Below, piece by piece: positions 17,476 to 25,642 of a stretch of 32,000 bases of DNA (position 1 is the first letter of the stretch; every line of letters begins with the position of its first letter). The notes under the pieces are model-generated. The model did no database searches. It was not told where the DNA came from and worked only from the letters and a program-made list of their open reading frames with translations. Both the position numbers and the translations under genes were made by a program. This stretch comes from Okeania sp. (GTDB taxonomy: Bacteria > Cyanobacteriota > Cyanobacteriia > Cyanobacteriales > Microcoleaceae), in NCBI RefSeq assembly GCF_035285525.1, contig NZ_JAYKGW010000036.1, positions 1 to 32,000 on the forward strand, read 5' to 3'.

Positions 17476-18522
17476 TTAGCGAACTGTCCTAGTGAAAAAC
17501 GGTTCAAACTGTTTAAAATTCTCCAAAGCACGGCCAGTTCCCAACGCTACACAACAAAGGGGGTCTGCTGCAATATGAGTAATAATACCAGTTTCGTGAC
17601 TAATTAAAGTATCTACCCCCTTTAATAAAGCACCACCACCAGCCAACATAATACCCCGATCTATAATATCTGCTGCTAGTTCAGGAGGAGTACGTTCCAA
17701 AGTTCGTTTAATTGCTTCTATAATGATAGATAAAGGTTCAGTCATACTTTCTCGAATCTCTGCTGCTTTAACTGTGACAGTTCTGGGCAAACCAGACAAT
17801 AGATGCATACCTCTAACTTCCATAGTTCCGTCATTATCATTCTGAGCAGGATAAGCTGAACCTAATTGAATCTTTATATCTTCAGCGCTTCGTTCACCTA
17901 TAACCAAATTATGGACTTTTTTCATATACTGAATCACAGCATCATTCAGTTCATCCCCAGCTACACGGACAGACTCACTAAGAACCGTACCTTGTAAACT
18001 AAGAACAGCAACTTCTGTAGTTCCGCCACCAATATCCACAATCATATTACCAGTAGGTTCAGCTACAGGCAACCCTGCACCAATAGCTGCGGCCACAGGT
18101 TCATCAATTAATCGGACATCCCTAGCACCAGCTTGGAATGCAGTGTCCATTAAAGCTCGTCTTTCGACAACAGTTACTCCACTAGGAATACCAATAACAA
18201 TTCTAGGAGATACTAATGTTCTTCCTTCGTGAACTCGCCTAATAAAATGTTTCAGCATTAATTCTGCTGTATCAATATCAGCGATTACCCCATCTCGTAG
18301 GGGTCTCATGGCAATTACATTAGCAGGAGTACGTCCTAGCATTTTTTTGGCTTCTTCTCCTACTGCGATGGAAGTTTTTTGCTCCTGGTCAATAGCTACC
18401 ACAGATGGTTCTTGAAGAACAATACCTTTGCCAGATAGATATACAAGTGTATTGGCAGTACCTAAGTCTATTCCCATGTCCCTAGACAAGGAAAACCAAT
18501 TAGACGAATTTAGAAAACCCAC
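17476..18522 (-). CDS. mreB: rod shape-determining actin homologue MreB
   Basis: It has GIDLGTANTLVY, DIGGGTTEVAV and LAGGGALL phosphate/adenosine motifs. The GTG start at 18522 retains the cyanobacterial-type N-terminal ..LSRDMGIDLGT extension. An alternative ATG lies 45 nt inside. Confidence 0.95.
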   Translation of the reverse strand: MGFLNSSNWFSLSRDMGIDLGTANTLVYLSGKGIVLQEPSVVAIDQEQKTSIAVGEEAKKMLGRTPANVIAMRPLRDGVIADIDTAELMLKHFIRRVHEGRTLVSPRIVIGIPSGVTVVERRALMDTAFQAGARDVRLIDEPVAAAIGAGLPVAEPTGNMIVDIGGGTTEVAVLSLQGTVLSESVRVAGDELNDAVIQYMKKVHNLVIGERSAEDIKIQLGSAYPAQNDNDGTMEVRGMHLLSGLPRTVTVKAAEIRESMTEPLSIIIEAIKRTLERTPPELAADIIDRGIMLAGGGALLKGVDTLISHETGIITHIAADPLCCVALGTGRALENFKQFEPFFTRTVR

Positions 18523-19112
18523 TGGATTTTAACCCCCAAAATAAATTCTTAACTTTGTGTAATAATTTATAAATAAATATAGCTGAGGTGAATTCTATAA
18601 TCTTTTTTATTCCTCAGTCTAGTAGGACTGTATCAGTAATGATACGAGCAAGTTTAACTGTCCTTGGTTTCTTTGTGCGACACAATAAGGACAAAATCCG
18701 GAGGAAGTGTTTGATTTGGAGCTACTTGAGTAATTAGTCCTCTTAGTATATCTTTTTTTTAGTAAAATGCTAAACTAAAAATTTAGTCTTGCTAAATACA
18801 TTTATGGTATTACAGAAGGTAGGGAGTTAAAAAAGAAGCTCTTTTTTTTAATTAAACTATAAGATGGGAAATTATGTATGGTTTAGTTTTATCTTTTTTT
18901 TGGCTCTTAACTGATTAATATTTAGGGTCTTGCATGAAATAGAGGACTATTTTAAAAGTTTGGTATGATGTGATGGACATCTTCCTGATGACTGATATTT
19001 TTCCGTGGGTGTAATTTTGCATCTATATTATATTTATTCCTATAATCTGCAATGCCCAAATTAGCAAGTCTTAAAATTTAATTCACAGATAACTATAGAT
19101 ATTTGAAAATAT

Positions 19113-19472
19113 ATGAGTTTAAATGTGGTAACTTTGGTCGGTAGGGCAGGTAGAGACCCTGAGATTAAATATTTTGAATCAGGTAGTGTAGTTTGTAATG
19201 TTACTTTGGCTGTAAATCGTCCTTCTAAAAAAACTGACCAACCAGACTGGTTCGATTTAGAAATGTGGGGCAAAACTGCAGAAGTTGCTGCTGATTATGT
19301 TCGTAAAGGTAGTTTGATCGGAGTAAAAGGTTATTTGAAGTTTGATTATTGGCAAGACCGCAATACAGGAGTAAGTCGTTCTAAACCTGTAATTAGAGTA
19401 GATAGATTGGAATTATTAGGTTCTAAACGTGATGATGAACAAGCTGCTCAACAAAGTTATGATGAATTTTAA
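19113..19472 (+). CDS. ssb: single-stranded DNA-binding protein
   Basis: 119 aa with an OB-fold N-terminus (MSLNVVTLVGRAGRDPEIKYFESG..) and an acidic C-terminal tip (..SYDEF). Confidence 0.9.
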   Translation: MSLNVVTLVGRAGRDPEIKYFESGSVVCNVTLAVNRPSKKTDQPDWFDLEMWGKTAEVAADYVRKGSLIGVKGYLKFDYWQDRNTGVSRSKPVIRVDRLELLGSKRDDEQAAQQSYDEF

Positions 19473-19510
19473 TTTTAAAATTATCTAAAAATTAGACTTC
19501 TGGCACAAAT

Positions 19511-19661
19511 GTAAGCATTCAGCTATTAGCTTTCAGACGTCAGCAATAATACTCTACTTTTGGAGTAATATTTAACTTAGGCTTCTCTAAGAGGCTACCT
19601 AAATTGAGAATAGTTTAAATAAGGCTTTTAGGGCAGCTAAAAACAATAGCTAAATGCTTAC
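19511..19661. repeat. repeat family B variant
   Basis: GTAAGCATTCAGCTATTAGC ... AACAATAGCTAAATGCTTAC lies about 40 nt downstream of the ssb stop. Confidence 0.6.
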
Positions 19662-19944
19662 GCATAAATTGAGAATAAGGAGTAGGAAATAGAGTATTAA
19701 CAAAGAGATTGTTGAGAAAAATGTACGAAAAAATTTTTGACTTTTACATTGCCAAAAGGTCTCAGCAATCCTTAGTAGAATGTAATAATTAAAAAACTAG
19801 AAATATACTCTGAAATTATTGCCTATTACCTATTTTTAATTGAGTTAATATTGGTGTTTTTTTTAGAGTTAGTTAGTCGAGGTTAATATGTACTATTTAT
19901 CTTATTTGGAAAAATTAGGTTTAGCAACAAGGCAGGCTTAAAAT

Positions 19945-20685
19945 ATGAAAGTGCTGAAAGTTATTATTATTAGTTTTTTAGCAGTTTTTATACTTAATGG
20001 ATGTGTTCAATATGAAGTAGGAATAAATTTTCAGAGTCAAACTCATGGTGAAATTGTACAACATATTAAATTAGCCAAGAAGTTACGCAATTTTAGTCGG
20101 GAGATTGTTTCTGATTGGATCAAAAGTATAGAATCTAGAACTTATCAGTTGGAAGGGAAAACCAAAAGGATATCTAGACAGGAAATTCTAGTTACAATTC
20201 CTTTTAACAATGGTTCTGATTTAGCAGAAAAATTCAATAGTTTTTTTGCATATAATAATTCTGGAGAATCTCAAAATTATACTCCAGAAACAGGAGTAGA
20301 TTTACCACAATTAGCATCTCATATTGATGTTAACCAGAAGAATTTTTTGGTGGCATTGCGGAATAAGTTAAGTATGGATTTAGATTTACGATTATCTACA
20401 GATAATAGTAAGGTTGTTGTGAATCCTGCTGATTTATTAGATGTGGAATTTCAGTTAATTACACCTTGGGGTTTTAAGAGTATCCAATCAAGTGAAAATA
20501 GTACAATATACTATCAAAATGACCAGGAAATTACTTGGAAACTTAAGCCTGGAGAAATCAATTCATTAGATGTAGTATTTTGGGTTCCAAGTCCCATAGG
20601 AATAGGTGCAATTTTAATCAGTTTATTTGTTTACTTAGGTATAGCTTTAAAATATCAAATATTACCTACTCTAGAAACTAAGTAA
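19945..20685 (+). CDS. conserved cyanobacterial lipoprotein (DUF3153-like; assignment tentative)
   Basis: Signal peptide with a lipobox (FILNGC), followed by VQYEVGINFQSQTHGEIVQHIKL. There is a C-terminal TM helix. The family name is from memory only. Confidence 0.55.
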   Translation: MKVLKVIIISFLAVFILNGCVQYEVGINFQSQTHGEIVQHIKLAKKLRNFSREIVSDWIKSIESRTYQLEGKTKRISRQEILVTIPFNNGSDLAEKFNSFFAYNNSGESQNYTPETGVDLPQLASHIDVNQKNFLVALRNKLSMDLDLRLSTDNSKVVVNPADLLDVEFQLITPWGFKSIQSSENSTIYYQNDQEITWKLKPGEINSLDVVFWVPSPIGIGAILISLFVYLGIALKYQILPTLETK

Positions 20686-20697
20686 AAACTAAATTTT

Positions 20698-20861
20698 TAA
20701 GCATTCAGCCGTCAGCTAAAAGAGGAATTAGTATTCAAACAGAATTAAAATCCGATATGAAAAAGATGATCAGCTAAATTTAAATATTACTTTCATCTAT
20801 TTTGGGATGCAGGATAATCCAGGAAAAGCTGTTGGCGCAGCATTCCGCAGGAAATGCTTAC
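20698..20861. repeat. repeat family B variant
   Basis: TAAGCATTCAGCCGTCAGC ... CTGTTGGCGCAGCATTCCGCAGGAAATGCTTAC begins about 13 nt after the stop of the 19945-20685 gene. Confidence 0.6.
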
Positions 20862-21200
20862 CTAAATTTTTAGTCCGGAAATAATAAAATAACAATGATA
20901 TAATAATATTATTTGAAATGTAAACTGGAGTTAAGTGTTTGATCAGGTTAAGCTTAAGGTATAAACTAAAAAAATTTTATAAATCATTTCATATTGGTAT
21001 ATTTAAGATATCTTAACTATTTTTAATGTCACAATATTCTTTGAATTTTGTATAATTGTAAGATATTAAGTTGATCAGCAAAATTAATTACACATCCTAT
21101 TGACTATTTATTCTCTTTTCCCTATCTGAAAAATAGGAAAAATAGGAAATTTATTTTCCATGACTACTTAACAGTTTAGACATAAGTTCAAACAAAAACA

Positions 21201-21560
21201 ATGAAACCAATAAACTTTTTGCTAATTTTCTTAGTTTGTCTAGCTTTAGTTATATTTGCTTTAGAAAATACTCAAACAACTACTATTAAGCTGATTGAAG
21301 GTATTGAGTTAGAAGCTCCATTATCTGTAGAACTTGTGGTTGCTACAGGATTAGGAGCAGTTCTAGCATGGCTATTTAGTTTATGGTCAAGAATGCAACA
21401 TACCATAGGAAATTTTAGACAAATGCGAGAAATTCATAGCAGAAATAAACGTATTCAAGAATTACAAGAAGATGTAGAACGCTATGAAGAGGAACTTAAA
21501 CAAAGAGATAGTTTGCCAGTAGCAAAACCAGTAGAATCTACTGAAGCCAATGCTTCTTAA
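21201..21560 (+). CDS. LapA-domain (DUF1049) inner-membrane protein
   Basis: Two TM helices bracket the FALENTQTTTIKL motif typical of the LapA/DUF1049 domain. It is followed by a charged coiled-coil tail. Confidence 0.65.
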   Translation: MKPINFLLIFLVCLALVIFALENTQTTTIKLIEGIELEAPLSVELVVATGLGAVLAWLFSLWSRMQHTIGNFRQMREIHSRNKRIQELQEDVERYEEELKQRDSLPVAKPVESTEANAS

Positions 21561-21631
21561 TATAAAGTATAATTAGTTCGTTACAACTTTTAAAACTTGC
21601 CTCTACTTTTGCAACTTTTAAGGTGTATAAG

Positions 21632-21675
21632 GTAAACATTTCCAGCGGAATGCTAAGTAAATAGCTATTAGATGT
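21632..21675. repeat. repeat family B, solo left end
   Basis: GTAAACATTTCCAGCGGAATGCTAAGTAAATAGCTATTAG resembles the left end at 11250-11290. Confidence 0.45.
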
Positions 21676-21745
21676 ATGAATGTAATAACTTAACTAAGGT
21701 TAGGTTATTGCCAATTTCATTTCCTATAAAATAGTATGCCAAAAT

Positions 21746-21850
21746 ACAGCAGATTCCAAGTATATGAAGTACAGATATTAATAATAAAATATTTTTAGTG
21801 CAGGCCGGAAAGTCCGCGTAGGTGTACCTCATGAAGGTGGAATCTGCTGT
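21746..21850 (+). repeat. MITE-like repeat family D, copy D1 (intact reference copy)
   Basis: The 105-bp element has inverted ends ACAGCAGATTCC ... GGAATCTGCTGT and the core AGTGCAGGCCGGAAAGTCCGCGTAGGTGTACCTCAT. Confidence 0.75.
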
Positions 21851-21996
21851 AACTATCAGCGGATCATACTCCTCTATTGTAATAATGAGTGAATAACAAA
21901 TAACTGATCAAAGACATCTTGTAGATATTTGTTCAGAATAGTCTATATTTTTAAGCTTGATCAAGTCACAGTAAAATAGAGAAAAAAACTACTACT

Positions 21997-22839
21997 ATGA
22001 CAATAGGAGTTCCCCAAGTTTCAGAAACCCTTTCGGAAGGAATAGCCTTATTAACAAATTTGGCAGAAAAGGGAGAAATTAATCCTTGGGATGTCCAAGT
22101 AATTGAAGTAATTGATCGCTATTTAAGTAAACTTACTCCTAAATCAAATATTTCTGCAAGGGACGATTTTACCAATTTATATCAGTCAGGTCAAGCTTTT
22201 TTGTACGCATCTATATTAGTCTGGCTAAAAGCAGATCATCTGGCTAATTCAGAATCATCTGAAAATAATTCGGAAATATCTGAAATAGTACAAGTTCCAG
22301 AAGCAGAAAATTTTGATACACCAAAGATACCACTGAAACTAGAACAACAATTACGTCGTCGTGCTGTAGCTCCTTCACCTCGAAAACGTAGAGTTACTCT
22401 TCAAGAATTAATTGAGCAGTTACAACTAATTGGAACTGCTATAGAAAATAGAAAAGCTCGGACTCGTATTCGCAAAACTAGCTCCAAAGCAAGAGCGCAA
22501 GCGGCAAAAGTTATTGCCGAATTAGCTCACCAGGAAAATTTAGTAGAAACAGCTATTGATCTAGAAAAGTTTCTTCTAGAAAAATTGCCAGATACTAATG
22601 AAGGTTGGTTAGAATTTGAGAATCTTTTAGAATTATGGTCTTCAGCGTTACAGTCTAAAACTGACATAGAAAAGGAAAATCAAAATCCTAATGTGCCAAT
22701 AACTTCTGATCGAGTAGGTGCATTTTGGGCATTACTTCTACTTTCTGCTCAGTCTAAAGTTGAGTTGTCCCAAGAACAATTTTACCAAGAAATTAAAATT
22801 CGTACTATTTCATCTAATTCCGAAGAGGAGAAAATTTAA
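21997..22839 (+). CDS. scpA: segregation and condensation protein A (kleisin ScpA)
   Basis: 280 aa. The N-terminal LAEKGEINPWDVQVIEVIDRYL motif and the C-terminal winged-helix-like region (RVGAFWALLLLSAQSKVEL) are characteristic of ScpA. Confidence 0.8.
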   Translation: MTIGVPQVSETLSEGIALLTNLAEKGEINPWDVQVIEVIDRYLSKLTPKSNISARDDFTNLYQSGQAFLYASILVWLKADHLANSESSENNSEISEIVQVPEAENFDTPKIPLKLEQQLRRRAVAPSPRKRRVTLQELIEQLQLIGTAIENRKARTRIRKTSSKARAQAAKVIAELAHQENLVETAIDLEKFLLEKLPDTNEGWLEFENLLELWSSALQSKTDIEKENQNPNVPITSDRVGAFWALLLLSAQSKVELSQEQFYQEIKIRTISSNSEEEKI

Positions 22840-23604
22840 CCCTTTAACTAAGCTAGACTTCATCGCACAAGGCATTGCATAAAATAAGGAGTCAACAGTT
22901 AGGGGAAAACTATACTGGTGAGTAGGAGAAAAAATTAAGTAAATATCTATGCTTAATTTTTTTCTGATAATTTGACTCTAGAGATAAAGTTAATCAAAAT
23001 AATTTATCTATCCATAATATATGGTATATATACTTACCAGGTAAAATTTTCAGGTTACTTGTAATGTTACAGGTTGACCTGTGGAATGTGGGTTCTAGTT
23101 CATTAAACTTAAGACCGCCAAACTTAGAATTTGGAAACTATTCCCTTTCCGATAGAAGTTTACCTAGCCAAGTTTGGCTGTAAATTATATGCTGCAATGA
23201 TCTACTGATTATAATCTTTTCTCAGGAAAGGAATATTTGAGAAAAATTATATTACCTAAATGTATATCGAAGATAAACTAGAAACATATGTCCGGCAATA
23301 ATCCTATTTATATAGAGTATCAACAAACATTGGTAGATAAAAATAGGATTTACACAAAAAAACCAAGTTTTTAGGATAAATTCTTGTTTTTGAGAATAAA
23401 CATTTAGGGAAGAACTGGGTTTCTGGGTTTTCCTGTGTAATGTGAAAATTCAGGGACTTACCTTTCTATCAGGGAAATGAAAATTACCACGCAGTTTTTC
23501 CGCCTGTTGAAATGAGGTTTTGACAGAGTTGGTAATGTAACTTGAGCATATAGATAATGAACATTTTAGTATTTTTGGCATTTTTAAGGTAGAGGAGACT
23601 AAAA

Positions 23605-24780
23605 ATGAAAGCCATGATTCTGGCCGCTGGAAAAGGAACTCGTGTTCGTCCAATCACTTATAGCATTCCTAAACCAATGATTCCTATTCTCCAAAAACCG
23701 GTAATGGAATTTTTGGTGGAGTTGCTTCGTCAACACGGTTTTGACCAAATTATGGTCAATGTTAGTCATTTAGCAAAAGAAATAGAGGACTATTTTCGTG
23801 ATGGTCAAAAGTTTGGGGTAGATATTGCTTATTCTTTTGAAGGACGAATTGAGGATGGAAATTTGATTGGGGAAGCATTGGGTTCTGCTGGTGGTATGAG
23901 GCGAATTCAAGATTTTTATCCTTATTTTGACGATACATTTGTGGTTCTTTGTGGTGATGCTTTGATAGATTTAGACTTGACCGCAGCAATCAAATGGCAT
24001 AAAGAAAAAGGCTCGATGGCGACTATAATTATGAAGTCTATTCCTCGTGAGGAAGTTTCTAGTTATGGTGTGGTAGTGACAGATGAAACAGGGCGAATTC
24101 AATCTTTTCAGGAGAAGCCAAAAGTTGACGAGGCTTTGAGTACCGATATTAATACTGGTATTTATATTTTTGAGCCAGAAGTGCTTGATTATATTCCTTC
24201 TGGAGTGGAATTTGATATTGGTGGTCAGTTGTTTCCTAAACTGGTAGAAATAGATGCTCCGTTCTATGGTGTGGCAATGGATTTTGAATGGGTGGATATT
24301 GGTAAGGTACCAGATTATTGGCGAGCAATTAGGGATGTATTAATGGGGGAAGTGAAAAATGTTTCTATTCCTGGTAGGGAGGTATCTCCAGGAATTTATA
24401 CTGGTTTAAATGTGGCAGTTAATTGGGATAAGGTGGATATTGAGGGGCCTGTTTATATTGGTGGTATGACCAAGATTGAGGATGGGGCGAAAATTATTGG
24501 GCCGACTATGATTGGTCCTAATTGCTGGATTTGTCGTGGGACTACTGTTGATAGTAGTGTTATTTTTGAGTATTCTCGTTTGGGTCCAGGGGTGCGTTTG
24601 GTTGATAAGTTGGTATTTGGTCGTTATTGTGTCGATAAGACTGGAGCTTCTATTGATGTTCAAGCTGCTTCTCTTGATTGGTTGATTACTGATACTCGTC
24701 ATCCTTTTCCTTCTTCTCCTCCTGTGGAGCATGAAACAATTAAGGAAATTAAGGATATTCTGGAGCAAAATGGAGGTTGA
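23605..24780 (+). CDS. NTP-transferase family sugar-1-phosphate nucleotidylyltransferase with C-terminal left-handed beta-helix
   Basis: The N-terminus is MKAMILAAGKGTRVRPIT..PKPMIP (GxGTRxxP nucleotidyltransferase signature). The size (391 aa) and the C-terminal hexapeptide-repeat region match the cyanobacterial CugP-type UDP-glucose pyrophosphorylase, which is often annotated as mannose-1-phosphate guanylyltransferase. GGAG lies upstream of the ATG. Confidence 0.9.
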   Translation: MKAMILAAGKGTRVRPITYSIPKPMIPILQKPVMEFLVELLRQHGFDQIMVNVSHLAKEIEDYFRDGQKFGVDIAYSFEGRIEDGNLIGEALGSAGGMRRIQDFYPYFDDTFVVLCGDALIDLDLTAAIKWHKEKGSMATIIMKSIPREEVSSYGVVVTDETGRIQSFQEKPKVDEALSTDINTGIYIFEPEVLDYIPSGVEFDIGGQLFPKLVEIDAPFYGVAMDFEWVDIGKVPDYWRAIRDVLMGEVKNVSIPGREVSPGIYTGLNVAVNWDKVDIEGPVYIGGMTKIEDGAKIIGPTMIGPNCWICRGTTVDSSVIFEYSRLGPGVRLVDKLVFGRYCVDKTGASIDVQAASLDWLITDTRHPFPSSPPVEHETIKEIKDILEQNGG

Positions 24781-24932
24781 TTCAGTTATCAGTTATAAGT
24801 TTTAGAATTATCTAGGAGTCAGGGTAGGTATTTTTGGGGGTCTGATTTTTCGGGAACCGTAACCCTTGCTCTGTCGTGGTTCAAAAACGTAGCTCCCCAC
24901 CGCTGATTTTAATAGGGATTAGTTGGGAACTA

Positions 24933-24969
24933 GAAACCCGGTTGCTTGAATAAATCGGGTTTCTTTGCG
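24933..24969 (+). terminator. possible intrinsic terminator downstream of the NTP-transferase gene
   Basis: The 8-bp stem GAAACCCG (24933-24940) / CGGGTTTC (24956-24963) is followed by TTTGCG, only a short T tract. Confidence 0.3.
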
Positions 24970-25020
24970 CTCCACCCCAAAGAGCGATCGATTATTGTAA
25001 TGCTAATAACTGATAACTGA

Positions 25021-25473
25021 AAAGTTAGAAACTCCGTTAAACTTCAGGTGCTTAATAAAATGAAATTACTGTTGTGAAAGGGAAATACTGAGAAAATTTC
25101 TCGCCACATTTTCATTTTTAGTGCTTAAGGAAATGAAAAAAAGCGATCGCCTGAGTGGAAATAGTTAGGAACTTTTTTCCCACACTCAGAGTCGCGGGTG
25201 CTTTAACAAATGATAATAATTTGGCGGAATTAATTAATACTTGCCAGAATTAGGAAAATTGTTATCACATTCTGTGAAGCACTCGAAAATGGAAATAGTT
25301 AGGAACTTTTTCCCCACACTCAGAATCGCGGGTGCTTTAACAAATGATAATAATTTGGCGGAATTAATTAATACTTGCCAGAATCAGGAAAATTTTTATC
25401 ACATTCTGTGAAGCACCCGAAAATGGAAATAGTTAGGAACTTTTTCCCCACACTCAGAGCCGAGAGTGCTTTC
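25021..25473 (+). repeat. tandem array of a 134-bp unit (one diverged copy, two near-identical copies, one partial copy)
   Basis: Full units at 25157-25290 and 25291-25424 differ at 5 positions. A partial unit runs 25425 to about 25473. A diverged unit at about 25023-25156 still shares AGTTAG.AACT, GGTGCTT.A..AAATGA.A.TA and GA.AAAATTT.T..CACATT. Confidence 0.9.
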
Positions 25474-25507
25474 GGAAATAAAATTACTATTGCTATACAG
25501 AAATAGT

Positions 25508-25636
25508 CCAGTAGGGTGTGTGAGGCGCTAGCCGTAACGCACCATTATTAATTCAAAATCATAAAGGAATTAATCATCTGCTCGTTAAACTTTCCTCAAA
25601 GATGGTGCGTTAGCAAAGCGTAACACACCCTACTGG
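25508..25636. repeat. long imperfect palindrome (about 35-bp arms, about 56-nt loop) abutting the speA stop
   Basis: CCAGTAGGGTGTGT..GTAACGCACCAT (25508-25545) pairs with ATGGTGCGTTA..ACACACCCTACTGG (25602-25636). It ends 6 nt from the speA stop codon. Confidence 0.8.
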
Positions 25637-25642
25637 CTTTAA

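Noticed and set aside
18523-19112. Promoter calls in the mreB/ssb divergent region and elsewhere
   Set aside because: Many TTGACA-like and TATAAT-like hexamers occur by chance in DNA this AT-rich. I found none with convincing 16-18 bp spacing, so I report no promoters.
23450-23653. 67-aa minus-strand ORF overlapping the start of the NTP-transferase gene
   Set aside because: It overlaps the 5' end and SD of a confidently identified gene on the opposite strand. There is no independent support.
24826-24990. GGGGGTCTGATTTTTCGGGAACC ... GTGGTTCAAAAAC ... CTCCCCACC looked superficially like a tmRNA or tRNA-like element
   Set aside because: The putative acceptor strands do not pair (GGGGTCT versus GGGGAGC after reverse-complementing). 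There is no proper T-arm stem. The CGGGAACCGTAA and ATAAATCGGGTTT segments recur at 15553-15580 and 3941-3953, so this is repeat DNA.
25157-25424. Tandem units as a template/variable repeat pair of a diversity-generating retroelement
   Set aside because: The five differences between the copies (T/C, G/A, T/C, G/T, T/C) are not confined to adenine positions of one copy. Neither copy lies at the 3' end of a target gene, and no reverse transcriptase is nearby.
25021-25506. Tandem array as a CRISPR array
   Set aside because: The units are 134 bp and directly abut one another with no unique spacers. No short (25-40 bp) repeat alternates with variable sequence, and there are no cas genes in the window.
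25155-25506. Annotating the three tandem-array ORFs as CDS features
   Set aside because: I kept them as a hypothesis only. There is no SD, one copy uses GTG, one copy carries a premature stop relative to its neighbour, and the C-termini are not conserved. RNA-level or neutral explanations are at least as likely.
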